Of a DNA stretch of 64,000 nt, positions 61,853 to 64,000 are shown piece after piece; the stretch's first letter is position 1, and each line of letters starts with the position of its first letter. The notes beneath the pieces were generated by a model that saw only the letters and a list, made by a program, of their open reading frames with translations, had not been told where the DNA came from and made no database searches. The position numbers and the translations under genes were made by a program. The stretch is from Pristiophorus japonicus (lineage: Eukaryota): assembly GCF_044704955.1 (NCBI RefSeq), contig NC_091999.1, positions 24,056,001 to 24,120,000 on the forward strand. Reading direction: 5' to 3'.

Positions 61853-61891
61853 TGTTCTTGTACGGGTCCAGCCCTGGTTCCTCTCGCTGTG
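61853..61891 (-). promoter_or_regulatory. VH 23-RSS
   Basis: CACAGCG + 23 nt + ACAAGAACA. Confidence 0.92.
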
Positions 61892-62196
61892 GTACCTTGC
61901 ACAGTAATAGATGGCGGTGTCTTCGCTCTTCAGGTTCTTCATGTCCAGCGCGAAGATGTTGTTTGAAGTGTCTTTGGACGCAGTAAATCGGCTCGCAATC
62001 CCTGCGGCGTAATACTTGTTCGATGGACTGTAATACTGAACCAGCCACTCCAGCCCCTGTCCGGGAACCTGGCGGACCCAGTGCATGTAGCTGCCACCAA
62101 GATCGAAGCCGCTGGTTTTACAGGTCAGTCTCAGGGAGACCCCGGGAATCCTGGTCTCTGCCTCGGGCTGAGTCAACACCACATTCGACTGGACAC
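61892..62196 (-). CDS. IGHV: IgH variable exon, unrearranged
   Basis: [48 protein letters not shown]; open frame. Confidence 0.97.
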
Positions 62197-62322
62197 CTGT
62201 AAAAATAACCAAAAACCCCGACGATCAATCCTGGTGAAATGATTCCTGACTCTGTAACATTCCAGAGAGAAACTAACACTGACACAGTAACAGTGAGAGA
62301 TTGGACAATAAAAACTACTCAC

Positions 62323-62368
62323 GGGAAAAGAAAGCCAGCAACACACTGAGAGAAATCGCCAACCTCAT
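62323..62368 (-). CDS. IGHV: IgH leader exon
   Basis: MRLAISLSVLLAFFS + C|GTGAGT; 126-nt phase-1 intron to V. Confidence 0.93.
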
Positions 62369-62439
62369 CCTCCTGTCAATGTGTGGTGAATGGTTCCGGC
62401 AAGAACTCAGTGAGCAAACCCACTTCCAGACTGTTGTAT

Positions 62440-62540
62440 TGCGGTCCCAGTGACCGGCAGTTAAATAGCCGGGAGATGGGGGCGAGGTCACAGGCGCCGC
62501 CCATTGATTCCCAGATAGGGGCGGTTTCTGTATCCACATC
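62440..62540 (-). promoter_or_regulatory. VH core promoter (TATA-like TATTTAA at 62461-62467, GC box)
   Basis: About 95 nt upstream of the ATG; no ATGCAAAT octamer seen nearby. Confidence 0.55.
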
Positions 62541-64000
62541 ACACCTTCCGCATCACGAACAGAACGGACTCACATCTGGACTGTAAGTTAAATCCCTTTA
62601 TGTTCTCACTGTTTCAAGGGGGTGTGAATCTCTGAGATTGAATTACATTATCAGGGTCTAAAGACACTGCCATTTTGTGTTTCTCCATCTCCCACTATCT
62701 ATCCATGCATCTGTACCAATAAAGTATCGCTTATAATCTGAATTGTTATCACTCTATGTAACCGAATGCGGGAGATGGGTAATGTGATTCTTTTTACGGT
62801 GTACGTGGCTAAAGCTACACACTTTTGGTCTGGAGATGAGATCTTGCTCCTCACATTATGCAATTGTCTCTCATTGCATTTCACTAACTGCCCCTGAGTC
62901 TGTGACCCTAAGACAGCCGTTTGTAAAATTAGCTGTAAAATAAGTCCGCTTGACTGATGATAAAGGAGTGAGTTGACGGAGACACATAAGCAAATGGGTC
63001 CCGCCCACTTCAGACCTGCGTTTTATGAGAGAAGCTTGTGAATCAGAACCGATAATATGATCAGCAAACCTCGACATTCAAATCCTTGTAGCTAACTTTA
63101 ATAGCGACCGACTGTGTAACAGACACGGGTAACAGGAACTCGGTGTATCAGGACATAGCGGTATGTTACAGAATATCACAGGAGTAAATGCTTCATCTCC
63201 AGCAGAAACAGATCACAATCTGGGCATTTCACCACCCCATGGTAGCCGGGCTATGAGATGGGTTGTTCAGGGATCCAAATCAGCGCAAATTACACCGCAC
63301 ACTGCGCGGCTACTAATCAGGAATAATGGAGACATTAGTTTAGACCAGACGCAAAATTCTGTGAGAATATTAAAGAAGTGCAGCTGGCACTTCTCTGTGA
63401 GAATATTCAAGGCAATTAAACCTGTTTTAGTTACTTTGCGAATCCCACTCATCTTATTACAGTGTGGGGTGAGGCCATTAAACCTCTCTCCAGCACTTCA
63501 TGCTGTACTGAATAAAGTGACTGAATGGTCTAGAATGGTCTTTATTTGGAAATAGTTTTCCTTAGATACCGTGTGGATCAATTCATTATTTTCCGATCTT
63601 ATCTTATAATATGGCGAGCATAGAATTTATGGAAAATCATTCTTGAGATGTTATACCATGTAAAATGCTTCTTATTTTAAAAGTTCGACTGAATAATTTA
63701 ATGTTCAAATAGTTAAATACCATCTTTCTCCCATTCTTGTTCACGCTAATCTGACCCACACAATATTTGGCAGTAACCTAACCGACTGACGTCAGCGAGC
63801 CTCGAACATCAGTGTCATTTACAGGAATCATGTGGGGTTCTGTGCAGTCCATCAAAGGTCAGTTTTCTCACTACTGACCGCATGCCTGGAAGCCAACTTC
63901 AAAACCTTCACATTGTAAAAACACCTATTTATACACACATCTACCCAGTAACAGTACTGGAGTTAAGTTTAATTTTTTCGTTGTGTAAATGTGTGTAACT

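Noticed and set aside
62950-63620. 130-aa ORF or possible Penelope GIY-YIG relic upstream of VH (a similar hint at 50530-50730)
   Set aside because: Only vague motif resemblance; cannot be supported without a profile search.

Overview
Vertebrate genomic DNA, almost certainly a cartilaginous fish (shark): it has a cluster-type IgM locus, Deu-domain SINEs and abundant CR1 LINEs. The right third (45.8-62.5 kb, minus strand) holds a complete, apparently intact IgM heavy-chain cluster: leader, VH, D, J, CH1-CH4 with secretory tail, TM1 and TM2. Its RSS layout is V(23)-(12)D(22)-(12)J rather than the usual shark V-D1-D2-J. The J carries a D-type 12-RSS and an atypical 5' end (NEMGYWGQG), which is what a pre-joined D2-J would look like. 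The left two thirds are a repeat-rich C2H2 zinc-finger gene neighbourhood with one intact 9-finger ORF, two pseudogenes, shared promoter-like modules and many minisatellites. Retroelements there include a truncated Gypsy element fused to a two-LTR class III (ERV-L/ERV-S-like) provirus. That provirus has a tRNA-Ser PBS, a miniature env-like frame and no matching TSD. A second, decayed LTR element carries an F-like env remnant. All family assignments are from motif recognition by eye; no searches were run.
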